A stretch of 64,000 nt of DNA, from the NCBI GenBank assembly GCA_964582295.1, contig CAZOQP010000001.1:9588-73587 (forward strand), written 5' to 3'. This document shows, in pieces, positions 11,315 to 20,207 of this stretch. This DNA is from an uncultured Candidatus Saccharibacteria bacterium. GTDB taxonomy: Bacteria; Patescibacteriota; Minisyncoccia; Phycocordibacterales; Zambryskibacteraceae. The number at the start of each line of letters is the position of its first letter. Within the stretch, counting starts at the first letter, position 1. Both the position numbers and the translations under genes were made by a program. The notes under the pieces were generated by a model that was given only the letters and a program-made list of their open reading frames with translations, searched no databases and had not been told where the DNA came from.

Positions 11315-13090
11315 TTACAGTCCTGCTATTTCTTCAAACGGTATCTTTCCTTCAAACGCCTTGAGCATTGCATCTTCTTTCATGGTAAGGAAACCTTTGG
11401 CCCGCGCCACTTTGTATATCTCATTCTCGCCCGCGTTCGAGAGAATTAGCCCTTCCACTTCTTTATCCATCTCAAGCACTTCCATAACAGCCATACGTCC
11501 GCGGGTCCCCGTAGGACAGTCCTCCGTAGGAGATATCCCGTAAAATTCCTTCCCTATCTTTACTTTCTTTTTATATTCTTCCGGCAAGTCCTCAAACTGC
11601 TTTTCAACCATAGTTTTTATGCTTCCTTCAAGCGGAAGCTTTTTGCCGGCGCCCGGGCAAAGCGTCCTCACCAGGCGCTGTGCGATAGCAAGGTTCAATG
11701 TCGGCGGGATAAGATACTGGTCAACCCCCATGTCTATCAGACGCGGAATGACGCCCACTACATTATTAGTGTGGATAGTTGAAAGCACTAAATGGCCGGT
11801 AAGCGCCGCCTGAATGGCGAGCTGTGCGGTTTCTTTGTCTCGAATCTCTCCCACCATGATAATGTCCGGGTCTTGTCTCAAAGTAGTGCGCAAGCCTGTT
11901 GCAAATGTATATCCGATGTCGGGGCGCACCTGCGATTGGGAAACGCCCGCGATGTTGTATTCAATAGGATCTTCAAGAGAAAGCACGTTCTTGTGGTCAC
12001 GGTCCATTTCCTGAAGCATGGCGTAAAGAGTGGTGGATTTTCCGGAACCGGTCGGGCCAGAGATAAGCACCAGTCCATACGGCCTTTCTATAGCGTTCCT
12101 TATAAGCGCCAGGTTTTCTTTTGAAAGGCCCAGTTCATCCAAAGTCTTCACTCCCTTGTTCTGGTCCAAAATTCTCATCACCACTTTCTCTCCGTAATAG
12201 GCGGGAAAAGTGGAAACACGGAAATCAACCTTGCGATCGCCCAGGCGCGCCGAAAAGCGGCTGTCCTGCGGTTTTCTTTTCTCATCCAGGCGCATAGCGG
12301 AAAGTATTTTGATACGCGCCACCACCGCCATATGCACTTTGGGCGGCAGGACAAGGGAAGTATCAAGAACGCCGTCAATACGGAAACGCACCCTTACACT
12401 CTCACCCATATGCTCTATGTGGACATCCGAGGCGTTGCCGTCTATTGCGTAGCGGAGAATTGTCTGCACCATTTTTGTAACAGGCGCATCCTCCACGATA
12501 GTAGACATTCCGTTCTTATCCGTGCGTGCGATAGTGCCAGTGATGTCTTCATCCAAACTCGTGTCGGTGGCTTCCTGCGGGGTGTCCTGGCCAGACTTCG
12601 CGGCCTTTTTAGTTTCCTCGGCTATTTCCGTTTCAAGCTCGCCCAAAACTTTTGTCACTTCGCCTGAAAGACCTTTGTATTGAGTTATTATTTTTTTGAA
12701 ATCTTCTTCCGTGATAAGAAAAAGCTTGTAAGGCATTTCAAGCTTTGATGAAATGAAATTCAAAGCGTCGCGCGCCTCTATGTTATCCGGATCAACAATG
12801 CCGACCTCAAGCACTCCGTCCACAACGGCAATAGGCACGAAGCGATAATACGTGGCCGACTCTTCAGGGATAAGCTCAAGCACACTGCCTGCCACCTCCG
12901 TTGTGGAAAGATCGCGGGTGGGGATGTCCAAATACTGCCCTTTGCTTTTTAAAATCTCCTCGGCATCAATACCGCGGTTTAGAAGAACTCTTTCAACTGT
13001 TATGCCCTTCCCTTCCGCTTCTTCTTGTATAGAAGGGATATCTTTGGCCGATATTAGTTTTTTGTCGGCAAGTATTTCAAGAAAGCTCAT
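11315..13090 (-). CDS. pilB: type IV pilus assembly ATPase (GspE/PilB) with N-terminal T2SSE_N domain
   Basis: 591 aa with Walker A GPTGSGKST and secretion-ATPase motifs. Confidence 0.9.
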   Translation of the reverse strand: MSFLEILADKKLISAKDIPSIQEEAEGKGITVERVLLNRGIDAEEILKSKGQYLDIPTRDLSTTEVAGSVLELIPEESATYYRFVPIAVVDGVLEVGIVDPDNIEARDALNFISSKLEMPYKLFLITEEDFKKIITQYKGLSGEVTKVLGELETEIAEETKKAAKSGQDTPQEATDTSLDEDITGTIARTDKNGMSTIVEDAPVTKMVQTILRYAIDGNASDVHIEHMGESVRVRFRIDGVLDTSLVLPPKVHMAVVARIKILSAMRLDEKRKPQDSRFSARLGDRKVDFRVSTFPAYYGEKVVMRILDQNKGVKTLDELGLSKENLALIRNAIERPYGLVLISGPTGSGKSTTLYAMLQEMDRDHKNVLSLEDPIEYNIAGVSQSQVRPDIGYTFATGLRTTLRQDPDIIMVGEIRDKETAQLAIQAALTGHLVLSTIHTNNVVGVIPRLIDMGVDQYLIPPTLNLAIAQRLVRTLCPGAGKKLPLEGSIKTMVEKQFEDLPEEYKKKVKIGKEFYGISPTEDCPTGTRGRMAVMEVLEMDKEVEGLILSNAGENEIYKVARAKGFLTMKEDAMLKAFEGKIPFEEIAGL

Positions 13091-13098
13091 AAGCTTGA

Positions 13099-13464
13099 TT
13101 ACTGGCTGGTAGTTGTCGCGGAAGTTCCGCTTCTCGGAGCCGTAGCAGGAGCACTTGTAACAGAGCCCACATCAACACCAATTCTTTCAAAAGGATTCGG
13201 GCGGCCGAGTGCTGGGGCAGGTAAATTAACAGACCAATCGGTGAGACTCATGAAAACTTCGTCGTTAAATATGTCGGTGGTAAGGTTTATAGATTTGAGA
13301 TCGGAAAGAAGCTGAAGAAGGTCACTCCCCACCGTTTGAGCACCGATAGCATTGCCGCTCTCATCAAAAAGGGGCTCTGGGGTTTTGGAGATAAGGAGGT
13401 AGGCCGCTCCTGCTATCACGAGTATCACCACCACCCAGCCAACCATTTTTGTGTTTATATGCAT
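13099..13464 (-). CDS. small single-TM protein, possible PilP-like pilus assembly component
   Basis: One hydrophobic helix followed by a Ser/Thr/Pro-rich tail. Start chosen at the internal ATG to avoid overlap with pilO. Function inferred from position only. Confidence 0.45.
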   Translation of the reverse strand: MHINTKMVGWVVVILVIAGAAYLLISKTPEPLFDESGNAIGAQTVGSDLLQLLSDLKSINLTTDIFNDEVFMSLTDWSVNLPAPALGRPNPFERIGVDVGSVTSAPATAPRSGTSATTTSQ

Positions 13465-13465
13465 A

Positions 13466-14011
13466 TTATTCAATCCAGTAAGTTTGTATGGTGACCTCAA
13501 ACTGATAATTGCTTGATTCGGCGCCAGTAGAGTTCATGGAAACAGCTTTCACATCTACGAGCTCCAGGCTTTTTTCCATATCCCGCAGGAAAGCTACAAA
13601 ATTTTGGTAAGTGGAGACAACTCCAAAAGAAAGAGTGCTGGTGCGATATCCTTTTTTAGGTTGGTTATTGATGGTTGCGCGGCTGTCGCTCGTCTCCTCC
13701 ACCATCTTTACTCCCCGCAAAGACATGCCATGCCTGCCCGCGACCGCATCAAGGTCGGTTATCAATTTCACACTGTTGAAACCTGTAGGCATCAACAGTT
13801 CCAGACGCGCACTTTCCTGGGGCGGCATACCGGAGAGCTGGCTTTCGAGCGAATCTCGGAGAGCTTTCACTTCTTCAATGTTGGCGAGCGCCATTTTATA
13901 ATCGCTCCTCTGCTGCATCAGGTCCCGGATGTTCATATAATGCGGATTGATATAAAGATAAAAAAGTCCGACAGCGATCGCGACGAGCAAGATTGGTACA
14001 AAAGGTTTCAT
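13466..14011 (-). CDS. pilO: PilO-like pilus assembly protein
   Basis: 181 aa with an N-terminal TM helix, a coiled-coil and a C-terminal globular domain. Position follows pilN. Confidence 0.6.
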   Translation of the reverse strand: MKPFVPILLVAIAVGLFYLYINPHYMNIRDLMQQRSDYKMALANIEEVKALRDSLESQLSGMPPQESARLELLMPTGFNSVKLITDLDAVAGRHGMSLRGVKMVEETSDSRATINNQPKKGYRTSTLSFGVVSTYQNFVAFLRDMEKSLELVDVKAVSMNSTGAESSNYQFEVTIQTYWIE

Positions 14012-14012
14012 T

Positions 14013-14630
14013 TTATTGTTGCGATGGGATTATCTTGGACGAATATGAAATGGCCTCGGGCAGAAGAACGGTTTTGAAAGAGAAAATGACGGCGCCCTGC
14101 CTGTCGAGGTCTAGGTCGAAAAAATTAGGGTCTTTGAAAGTGGTCTCCTTGTTGAAAACTTCCGCCTGCTGGGCGACTGACACATATCCGATCGCCTCAC
14201 CTTTCAGAAGCACCTCTATCCCCTTGCTTCCGAGGGTAGTGAAAGAGAAATTGCTGAAGCGCAGGCTTTTTACGGTAAGGGTCTGAAGTTTTTCAAAAAA
14301 AGCAGAGAGTGCCACATGCTCCGAAAGAAGAGATTTTACAGAAGTGATACGCTCGTGGGCGCGGGTAAGCTCTGCTATTCTTTCCGGCTCTATCTCCTCG
14401 CGGGCGGCAGCAAGCGAGGTGTCCATAGAAGCGATGGTGCGATTGAGGTACCACTCCACTCCGAAAATTATGAAAGAAGCCACCACAGCAATAGTGAAAA
14501 GGGTGTTCGCAATAAAGCTCCATATTCCACCCATTTCACGCGGGCCATGTGCCGAAACCATTTTGGGCGCATTTGGTGCGGAAACTACGGGGCTTTTTGG
14601 TATGAAAGATGTCTGAAACTTTGGTTCCAT
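14013..14630 (-). CDS. pilN: PilN-like fimbrial assembly protein
   Basis: 205 aa with a single TM helix after a short cytoplasmic N-terminus and a coiled-coil periplasmic region. Downstream of pilM. Confidence 0.65.
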   Translation of the reverse strand: MEPKFQTSFIPKSPVVSAPNAPKMVSAHGPREMGGIWSFIANTLFTIAVVASFIIFGVEWYLNRTIASMDTSLAAAREEIEPERIAELTRAHERITSVKSLLSEHVALSAFFEKLQTLTVKSLRFSNFSFTTLGSKGIEVLLKGEAIGYVSVAQQAEVFNKETTFKDPNFFDLDLDRQGAVIFSFKTVLLPEAISYSSKIIPSQQ

Positions 14631-14690
14631 CTCTAATTATTATACATCCTGCAAAGTCAATATCTCTTTCATTCTCCACAAGGGCGCTCA

Positions 14691-15038
14691 TTCAACAGCA
14701 TTTTTCAAATAGCAATCGTTCGGGAGTCCCACTAAAAGAGACCACTCCGGGGCGTTTGCCCAAGTCTTAGTCTCTTTTAGTGGGACTCCCTCACTCTAAA
14801 TAACTCCAATTTGAAAAATGCTGTTGGATTCGCTTTAAGTTCTAATATTTAAGGAGCGAAGATAATACCCTTTTTCACACACGCGGGAGGTGATTTTAGA
14901 AATCAAGGAGTTGAGTAGGAAAATGGGAGTGTTTGAGGAAGCCGAAGGCTGACGAGTTGCCCATTTTACGTTATGAGACGACTATGATTTCGTAAGCACC
15001 GGAGCGGCAGCTGTTTGAAAAAGGGTGTTATCTGAGTG
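14691..15038. repeat. composite structured intergenic repeat, copy 1 (long hairpin + ~165-nt conserved core)
   Basis: Shares the core TTTTTCACACACGCGGGAGGTG.TTTTAGAAATCAAGGAGTTGAGTAGGAAAATGGGAGTGTTTGAGG...GAGTTGCCCATTTT.CGTTATGAGACGACTATGATTTCGTAA.CACCGGAGCGGCAGCTGTTTGAAAAA with copies at 39196 and 43847. Preceded by a ~134-nt hairpin (14691-14824). Confidence 0.8.
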
Positions 15039-15043
15039 ACGTC

Positions 15044-16168
15044 TTATATTATCTCCCTCAACTTCCTCAACCCCAATCCGATAGCAACCGCAAATTCAGG
15101 TCCCGTATCTTTAAGAACGTTCTCCAAAAAGGCGGGTGTTTCGGTTTTTGAAAACGGGTCACTCATCTCTACGGGCGTTTCAAAGCTTTCCTGTGCAAGG
15201 GTTGCCAATCCTTTGAGTGCCGAGCCGCCTCCCACGAAAAGTATCTTCTTTAGGTTTTTATTGTATTTGCGCTCAAAGTTTAATATCACGCGATTGGCCT
15301 CGGCAAAAATATATTCAAGCGAAAGATGCACGATGTCTTTCATATCTTTGTCGCCGCTATCTGTGAGGCCGACACTTCTTTTCATAACCTCCGCCTGATC
15401 TATCGGAAGTCCCAAAGATTTTGCAATGGCGATAGTGATGTCGTGCGAGCCGCGGTTTATAGTGTGTGAAAGCCGCACAATGCCGCGCTCCACCACATAA
15501 AGCTTGGTTGAAGCGGCGCCCATATCAAATATCATCACAGGCGCGATGGTTTCATCTAACGCCGCACGCATGGTGGAGAAAATTTCTATTTCGTAGAAAG
15601 TTGCTGAAAGCCCTGATGCCTTCACGATAGCGTCATATTTCTGGAGCACTGCATTGTGAATGGCGACCAGGAGCACATCCAAAGTTTTCTCGCGCGGCTT
15701 TGCAAGCACGGGCCCGCCTTCCGGATTGTCTTCTATCTCCACGAAATCTTTCGGGATAAGAGACCAATCAAGAGAGACTTCGGACATGGGAAGAGGGATA
15801 TACTTGCGGGCTTCTATCGGGATAAGGTTCTGAAGCTCCTTGGGGCCAACCTCCGGCACTTCAATAAGGGACATCAAGCTTGAGGAGAAAGGGATGGCAA
15901 GAGCGCATGATTTAGTGGACACATTCACTTCCTTTTCCTTCAGAAGATCGTTCAGGGCCTCTATTATTTTCTCTTTAGGAAGATTGGTGGCTTGCCCCAC
16001 GCTTCCCCCTGCATATGGACCGAGCGCCAATTCCCCGTATGTCTCAAGCACAGCCGTCTCGCCTTTTTTGCGGAGTTGCACTATCTTTATAGCTGAAGAG
16101 CCAATATCAATGCCGAGGATACTCTTTTCCTCTTTTTGAAAAATGCGGGAGAATGAAGGGAACTGCAT
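15044..16168 (-). CDS. pilM: type IV pilus assembly ATPase-like protein PilM (actin/HSP70 fold)
   Basis: 374 aa. The N-terminus ILGIDIGSSAIKIVQL matches the actin-like ATPase fold. Confidence 0.9.
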   Translation of the reverse strand: MQFPSFSRIFQKEEKSILGIDIGSSAIKIVQLRKKGETAVLETYGELALGPYAGGSVGQATNLPKEKIIEALNDLLKEKEVNVSTKSCALAIPFSSSLMSLIEVPEVGPKELQNLIPIEARKYIPLPMSEVSLDWSLIPKDFVEIEDNPEGGPVLAKPREKTLDVLLVAIHNAVLQKYDAIVKASGLSATFYEIEIFSTMRAALDETIAPVMIFDMGAASTKLYVVERGIVRLSHTINRGSHDITIAIAKSLGLPIDQAEVMKRSVGLTDSGDKDMKDIVHLSLEYIFAEANRVILNFERKYNKNLKKILFVGGGSALKGLATLAQESFETPVEMSDPFSKTETPAFLENVLKDTGPEFAVAIGLGLRKLREII

Positions 16169-16192
16169 AGGAAGTACATTATATCATCAGCC

Positions 16193-16831
16193 ATGAAAAG
16201 CTTAATTGAAAAAATACTTTCACTCATTTTTCCGAAAGGAGCAGGGGTGGAGGAGCTTGAAAAACTTTCTGCATCCGAATTGGTGCGCCTTTTGCCGCCT
16301 GGGCGCCAGGAAAATGGCATTTCTCCCCTCTTCTTATATAAAGACAGGCGTGTGAAAGCACTGGTGCACGAGATAAAACAGAATGCAAATGAAGTGCTTG
16401 CAGGAAAAGTAGCGGAGTTGATGGCTGAAAAGGTGCTTGAGTTTTTTGAAGACTCGCTTGTTTTCGGCGAGCATAAAATAGCTCTGGTGCCTGTGCCCAC
16501 ATCCGGGAAAAGGCAGGGCTCGCGCGGCTACAATCCGGCAGAAATGCTTGCACAAAAAATGGCAGCCGTGCGCCCAGACATTTTTGAGTACGCCCCAATA
16601 CTGGTGAAGATACGCGAAACGGAAAGACAGGCAAAACTTCGCAGGAAAGAGCGACTTACAAATCTTGTGGGAGCATTCAGAGCCGAACCTTTCGGCACGC
16701 CGAAAGGTTCGGCCTCCCCCGCCCTCATTATTGACGACGTCTCCACTACAGGCGCCACCATAACTGAAGCCAAGCGCGCTCTAACAGATAAAAATATCAA
16801 CGTTCACGGCACATCCGTCATCGCACGCTAA
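16193..16831 (+). CDS. comF: ComF family protein (phosphoribosyltransferase domain)
   Basis: 212 aa with PRTase motif LIIDDVSTTGATI. Adjacent to the pilus/competence cluster. Confidence 0.8.
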   Translation: MKSLIEKILSLIFPKGAGVEELEKLSASELVRLLPPGRQENGISPLFLYKDRRVKALVHEIKQNANEVLAGKVAELMAEKVLEFFEDSLVFGEHKIALVPVPTSGKRQGSRGYNPAEMLAQKMAAVRPDIFEYAPILVKIRETERQAKLRRKERLTNLVGAFRAEPFGTPKGSASPALIIDDVSTTGATITEAKRALTDKNINVHGTSVIAR

Positions 16832-16850
16832 CTTTTTTACCTCTTACCTT

Positions 16851-17366
16851 TTACCTCACCTGCGCTGTCGCCAAAGTATCCCAAATAGCACGGCGGAGTA
16901 CGGTTTCCTGTTGTTGTGTTGAGCTATCCACGGAGCATGTCGCATCGCTCGGCTCAAATATCAGATAAAAATTTTCAAATATTTTCACTTGCGGAGGCAT
17001 ACCATCTTTCGTTTTGCTTCCTTCAAGAAGGGTTACCGTGTTCCATTCCCCATTCTCGCCATTCGGTTTTGAAAGTTCGGCTTTATCAATGCGGCGAAAT
17101 ACTCCGAGAGTGCACATGGGCTCGTTCGTCTCCGGATTTGCAATAGAAACCGAAAGCGAAGTGCCACCATTTGGAACATTCTGTCTTATATATGCGAGGC
17201 CGTTCAAAGCTTCAAGTGTCGGGATAATCACCCCGAGCGCCGCAAAGCCCCCCTCTGCATTCACCACTGCCGCCTCATTTCTCACACCACCCCTCCCCAC
17301 CAGCCAGATGACAAGGATGATAACCACAATGACCGCTACCGTACCTATAAGAGTTTTTTTCTCCAT
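16851..17366 (-). CDS. hypothetical membrane-anchored protein
   Basis: 171 aa with an N-terminal TM helix. No recognisable domain. Confidence 0.55.
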   Translation of the reverse strand: MEKKTLIGTVAVIVVIILVIWLVGRGGVRNEAAVVNAEGGFAALGVIIPTLEALNGLAYIRQNVPNGGTSLSVSIANPETNEPMCTLGVFRRIDKAELSKPNGENGEWNTVTLLEGSKTKDGMPPQVKIFENFYLIFEPSDATCSVDSSTQQQETVLRRAIWDTLATAQVR

Positions 17367-17494
17367 TTTTTAATAATTAAGGGATATATACCCCGTGAGA
17401 TATGAAATACGAAGTGTCAGGTATTGATCAAAATTGGTTATCTCACGGGGTATACCCGTTGAGACGTTTCGCCCTATAGCCGCTTACATACGAA

Positions 17495-17529
17495 AAGGCC
17501 GTAAGGAAGCTCTGCTTCCTTACGGCCTT
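17495..17529 (-). terminator. rho-independent terminator
   Basis: AAGGCCGTAAGGAAGC-tct-GCTTCCTTACGGCCTT followed by a T-tract on the minus strand, 3' of gene 17552..18265. Confidence 0.7.
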
Positions 17530-17551
17530 ATTTGTTCCAGAGCAAAATGTT

Positions 17552-18265
17552 TTATCTCTTGTAGTTCCCTGAGTAGTGAAAATTGTGGGAATACTCCCAC
17601 GCGACCCTTGCCTCCTCGAGCATCCGATTGGCGTTCTTCGGGTAGTCCATCCACTGCCCGATAGCGGTGTCGTATTGACCTGTGTACCTGAATACCGCCG
17701 CAGCAAGTGCCTGCCTGAACCCTGCCGCTTCTTCTGCACCTCTCGGAGACAAAAGCTCATCTATCACGGATTCATAATCCCCAGGGCTACAGACCGCCCA
17801 CACATGGGGCCAATTCTTTGCCGCCGCCCGAAGAAGTGTCGGGCCGCCGATATCTATCTGTTCAATGCTGGGATTTCCTGCAAAATCATAAAGATTGCAG
17901 ACCACCAGGTCTATCATCTTCATGGAATGTTCCCAAGCCGCTTCCATATGCTCCACATTGGAGCGATCAGGAAGTATACCGCCGTGGATTTTATGGTGAA
18001 GCGTCTTCAAACGTCCTCCCATCATTTCAGGTAAACCCGTCACCTCTTCAATGGGAGTGTGCGGAATTCCATACTTCTCAAGCTCCCTCGCTGTGCCTCC
18101 GGTTGAGATGATTTCCCACCGGCCGATGTCTGTCAGAGCTTCGAACTTATCCAGTCCCCTTTTGTTGGTAACGGAGATAAGCGCCCGACGCCGTTCAATC
18201 GGTTCGTTCATTATCTGCCTCGCAAGTGTATTGTTAGGAAGCCACAGGTGCGGCTCCAAGAACAT
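17552..18265 (-). CDS. stand-alone IMP cyclohydrolase (PurH N-terminal MGS-like domain only)
   Basis: 237 aa matching the PurH IMPCH domain (ALISVTNKRGL...STGGTA...GGRLKTLHHKIHGGIL...NLYDF...IDIGGPTLLRAAAKN). No AICAR transformylase domain; a terminator follows. Confidence 0.75.
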   Translation of the reverse strand: MFLEPHLWLPNNTLARQIMNEPIERRRALISVTNKRGLDKFEALTDIGRWEIISTGGTARELEKYGIPHTPIEEVTGLPEMMGGRLKTLHHKIHGGILPDRSNVEHMEAAWEHSMKMIDLVVCNLYDFAGNPSIEQIDIGGPTLLRAAAKNWPHVWAVCSPGDYESVIDELLSPRGAEEAAGFRQALAAAVFRYTGQYDTAIGQWMDYPKNANRMLEEARVAWEYSHNFHYSGNYKR

Positions 18266-18300
18266 CCAGCCGCTACACTACTCGCCCCACCGAAACAGTC

Positions 18301-18333
18301 AAATACCCGCGAGAAAATCTCTCGCGGGTATTT
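18301..18333 (-). terminator. hairpin terminator
   Basis: AAATACCCGCGAGA-aaat-CTCTCGCGGGTATTT, 3' of ORF 18356..18622. Confidence 0.55.
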
Positions 18334-18355
18334 TAAAGCCAGAAAACTGCTACGG

Positions 18356-18622
18356 TCAGATAGATCCTCGAGAGTCCCAAGCACCTACACTCACTACGCG
18401 ATTCTGTTCCTGATAAGCATCCATCTTTTCACGTACTTGGTCCCAAGACGGCGCAATTACGGTATAGATTGGATTACCATCCGGCAAATCGCATTCTTCG
18501 GGATCCTCTAACTTATCCCACACCTCGGTGTAGACTCCAGTACTGTCTTCGACAATCGGTCCCGAAACCTTATACAGCCGACACCGATGATTTTGAATAC
18601 CAACCACGGCATTGTCCTGCAT
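18356..18622 (-). CDS. hypothetical small acidic protein
   Basis: 88-aa ORF downstream of the AbrB/MazE-like gene. No recognised domain. Confidence 0.45.
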   Translation of the reverse strand: MQDNAVVGIQNHRCRLYKVSGPIVEDSTGVYTEVWDKLEDPEECDLPDGNPIYTVIAPSWDQVREKMDAYQEQNRVVSVGAWDSRGSI

Positions 18623-18694
18623 GATGTCGCCTCTCCGATGAATGAGGTAAAGATCGTTCCTGCCCGCAATAATACCTTATTACGATAGATATTA

Positions 18695-18883
18695 TTATTT
18701 CTTCCTTTTCTTAGTACGAGCGTCGCGGATGATGAGTGCCCCGCCCGATTTCCTCACCTTCACCCTCTGCCTCTCCCTCCAGCCAAGGCTCTTAACCAAG
18801 TCGGCAGGCAAAGTAAGTCCAAGACTGGCCCGCCCCATCCTCGTCAGCTTCCTTGTATTTGTTTCTGTAGATTTCTTAGCCAT
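18695..18883 (-). CDS. AbrB/MazE/SpoVT-family DNA-binding protein (antitoxin-like)
   Basis: 62 aa. RMGRASLGLTLPADLVKSLGW...VKVRKSGGALIIRD matches a swapped-hairpin AbrB-type domain with a basic C-tail. Confidence 0.75.
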   Translation of the reverse strand: MAKKSTETNTRKLTRMGRASLGLTLPADLVKSLGWRERQRVKVRKSGGALIIRDARTKKRKK

Positions 18884-18915
18884 GTACGTACATATGTAAG
18901 TAGATATGTACGTAC
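18884..18915. promoter_or_regulatory. 12-bp inverted repeat GTACGTACATAT-N8-ATATGTACGTAC abutting the start codon of the AbrB-like gene (candidate operator)
   Basis: Perfect inverted repeat immediately 5' of the start codon at 18883. Confidence 0.5.
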
Positions 18916-18964
18916 ATTGTACATCAAACCTAATTTCATTCGAGTGATTACTTTAACAAAATGC

Positions 18965-19402
18965 TCATTTCTTATATAAAACAAAGAACGGTATTTCATC
19001 GATTCTTATATAGTTGAACATTTTATAATTTGCACGTCTAGCTGTTGAGGATAATTGACGCATTTTTAAATTTATTTTTGGAATAAAAGGATAGAATCTG
19101 ATTTCATGGTGTTTCTCCTTTTTATTTTTATCATCCCATTTAAAATTAGTTATAAGCGGCGGAACCATATAGCCTGATTTCATTACTTTTGAAATAATCT
19201 CCCACCCAGCACCAAAAATTATTGGCTTCGGTTTACTATTGTTTGTTTTTACTTGTGCACGAAAAAGGCATGCCTTACATTGAATATCATATAAGGGGTA
19301 ATTCTTGGGAAGCGCCATAAGTTTCTTTCCACAGTTAGGGCACGGAACAAGTTCTACAACCTCCAATTCTCCTGCATCCCCCGAATCCTTATTTTTACTC
19401 AT
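18965..19402 (-). CDS. DpnI-like PD-(D/E)XK nuclease catalytic domain (no winged-helix domain)
   Basis: 145 aa. PCPNCGKK...YDIQCKACLFRAQVK...GAGWEII...SSTARRANY parallels DpnI motifs (CPNCG, D..EFELK, APTARRAGW). QVK stands in place of ELK. Confidence 0.55.
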   Translation of the reverse strand: MSKNKDSGDAGELEVVELVPCPNCGKKLMALPKNYPLYDIQCKACLFRAQVKTNNSKPKPIIFGAGWEIISKVMKSGYMVPPLITNFKWDDKNKKEKHHEIRFYPFIPKINLKMRQLSSTARRANYKMFNYIRIDEIPFFVLYKK

Positions 19403-19467
19403 ACGAGCATTAGATCATCCAAGGTTTTATAACACAAGACTAGAAAATATTCCTAAATTAAAAATCT

Positions 19468-20205
19468 TTATTTTTGAGCAGCTATCATATCTTTAAGTTT
19501 TTCAATTGAAAGAATAATTGCCTTTTTTCGATGGATGATTCTGTGACAATTTGAGCATACGGGAACAACATTTTTCAGTGCATCCATGATTGACTGTTCA
19601 AGATTATCTTCATACGCAAAAATTGGTTTTAGATGATGAATTTCAATGAATCCTTTACCAGCAAGGCCATAGAACTCTTCAAAATTGAAATTGCAAGCTT
19701 CGCAATAAATTTTATTGTGCTTTTTGAAATGTTCTTTCGCAATCTCAATTAACTTCTTCGATCGAAATCTTGTTTTTACATGGTTAGATCTAATGAAACC
19801 TTCTTCAATAATTAGGTTAACGAAATTTTGATCAATAACTTTTTCTCTATCATTTTCAGAAAAACCATTAGTTTCTATGAAGTCAAAGCCGTCAATGTTG
19901 TCAGAAATATATTTTTTACCTAAGTCAGTTATTTTAAGTAACCCTTTATTTTTACTAATTGTATCGTAGGTTGCTAAACCTTTTTTAAATATACTTCTTT
20001 GGGAAATACCTCTATGAGAAATTATATTTCTTACTTTTTGACTAAAGCGAGTATCCTTGCGATTAGCACTCAGCTCAAGATCTTTCCCTTCTGGTTTTAA
20101 AGTTTCTGTTAGATAAATAATCAGGTTTGATGTCAAAATTCCATCCTCTTTTGACGAAAGATAGACTAACGTGGGCATTATTAAATCACTCTCACTGTAA
20201 ATCAT
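19468..20205 (-). CDS. winged-helix + HNH endonuclease
   Basis: 245 aa. The C-terminus CEACNFNF...IEIHHLKP...VCSNCHRIIH is an HNH domain. The N-terminal region resembles the DpnI C-terminal winged helix. Confidence 0.75.
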   Translation of the reverse strand: MIYSESDLIMPTLVYLSSKEDGILTSNLIIYLTETLKPEGKDLELSANRKDTRFSQKVRNIISHRGISQRSIFKKGLATYDTISKNKGLLKITDLGKKYISDNIDGFDFIETNGFSENDREKVIDQNFVNLIIEEGFIRSNHVKTRFRSKKLIEIAKEHFKKHNKIYCEACNFNFEEFYGLAGKGFIEIHHLKPIFAYEDNLEQSIMDALKNVVPVCSNCHRIIHRKKAIILSIEKLKDMIAAQK

Positions 20206-20207
20206 AT

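Noticed and set aside
14880-14950. Possible small ORF (MGVFEEAEG...) preceded by AGGAG inside the repeat core. Also a GTTTTAGAAATCAAGG motif reminiscent of a CRISPR repeat.
   Set aside because: Apex length differs by 1 nt between copies, so the reading frame is not conserved. The start codon is lost in copy 3. There is no array of spaced repeats and no cas genes, so this is not CRISPR.
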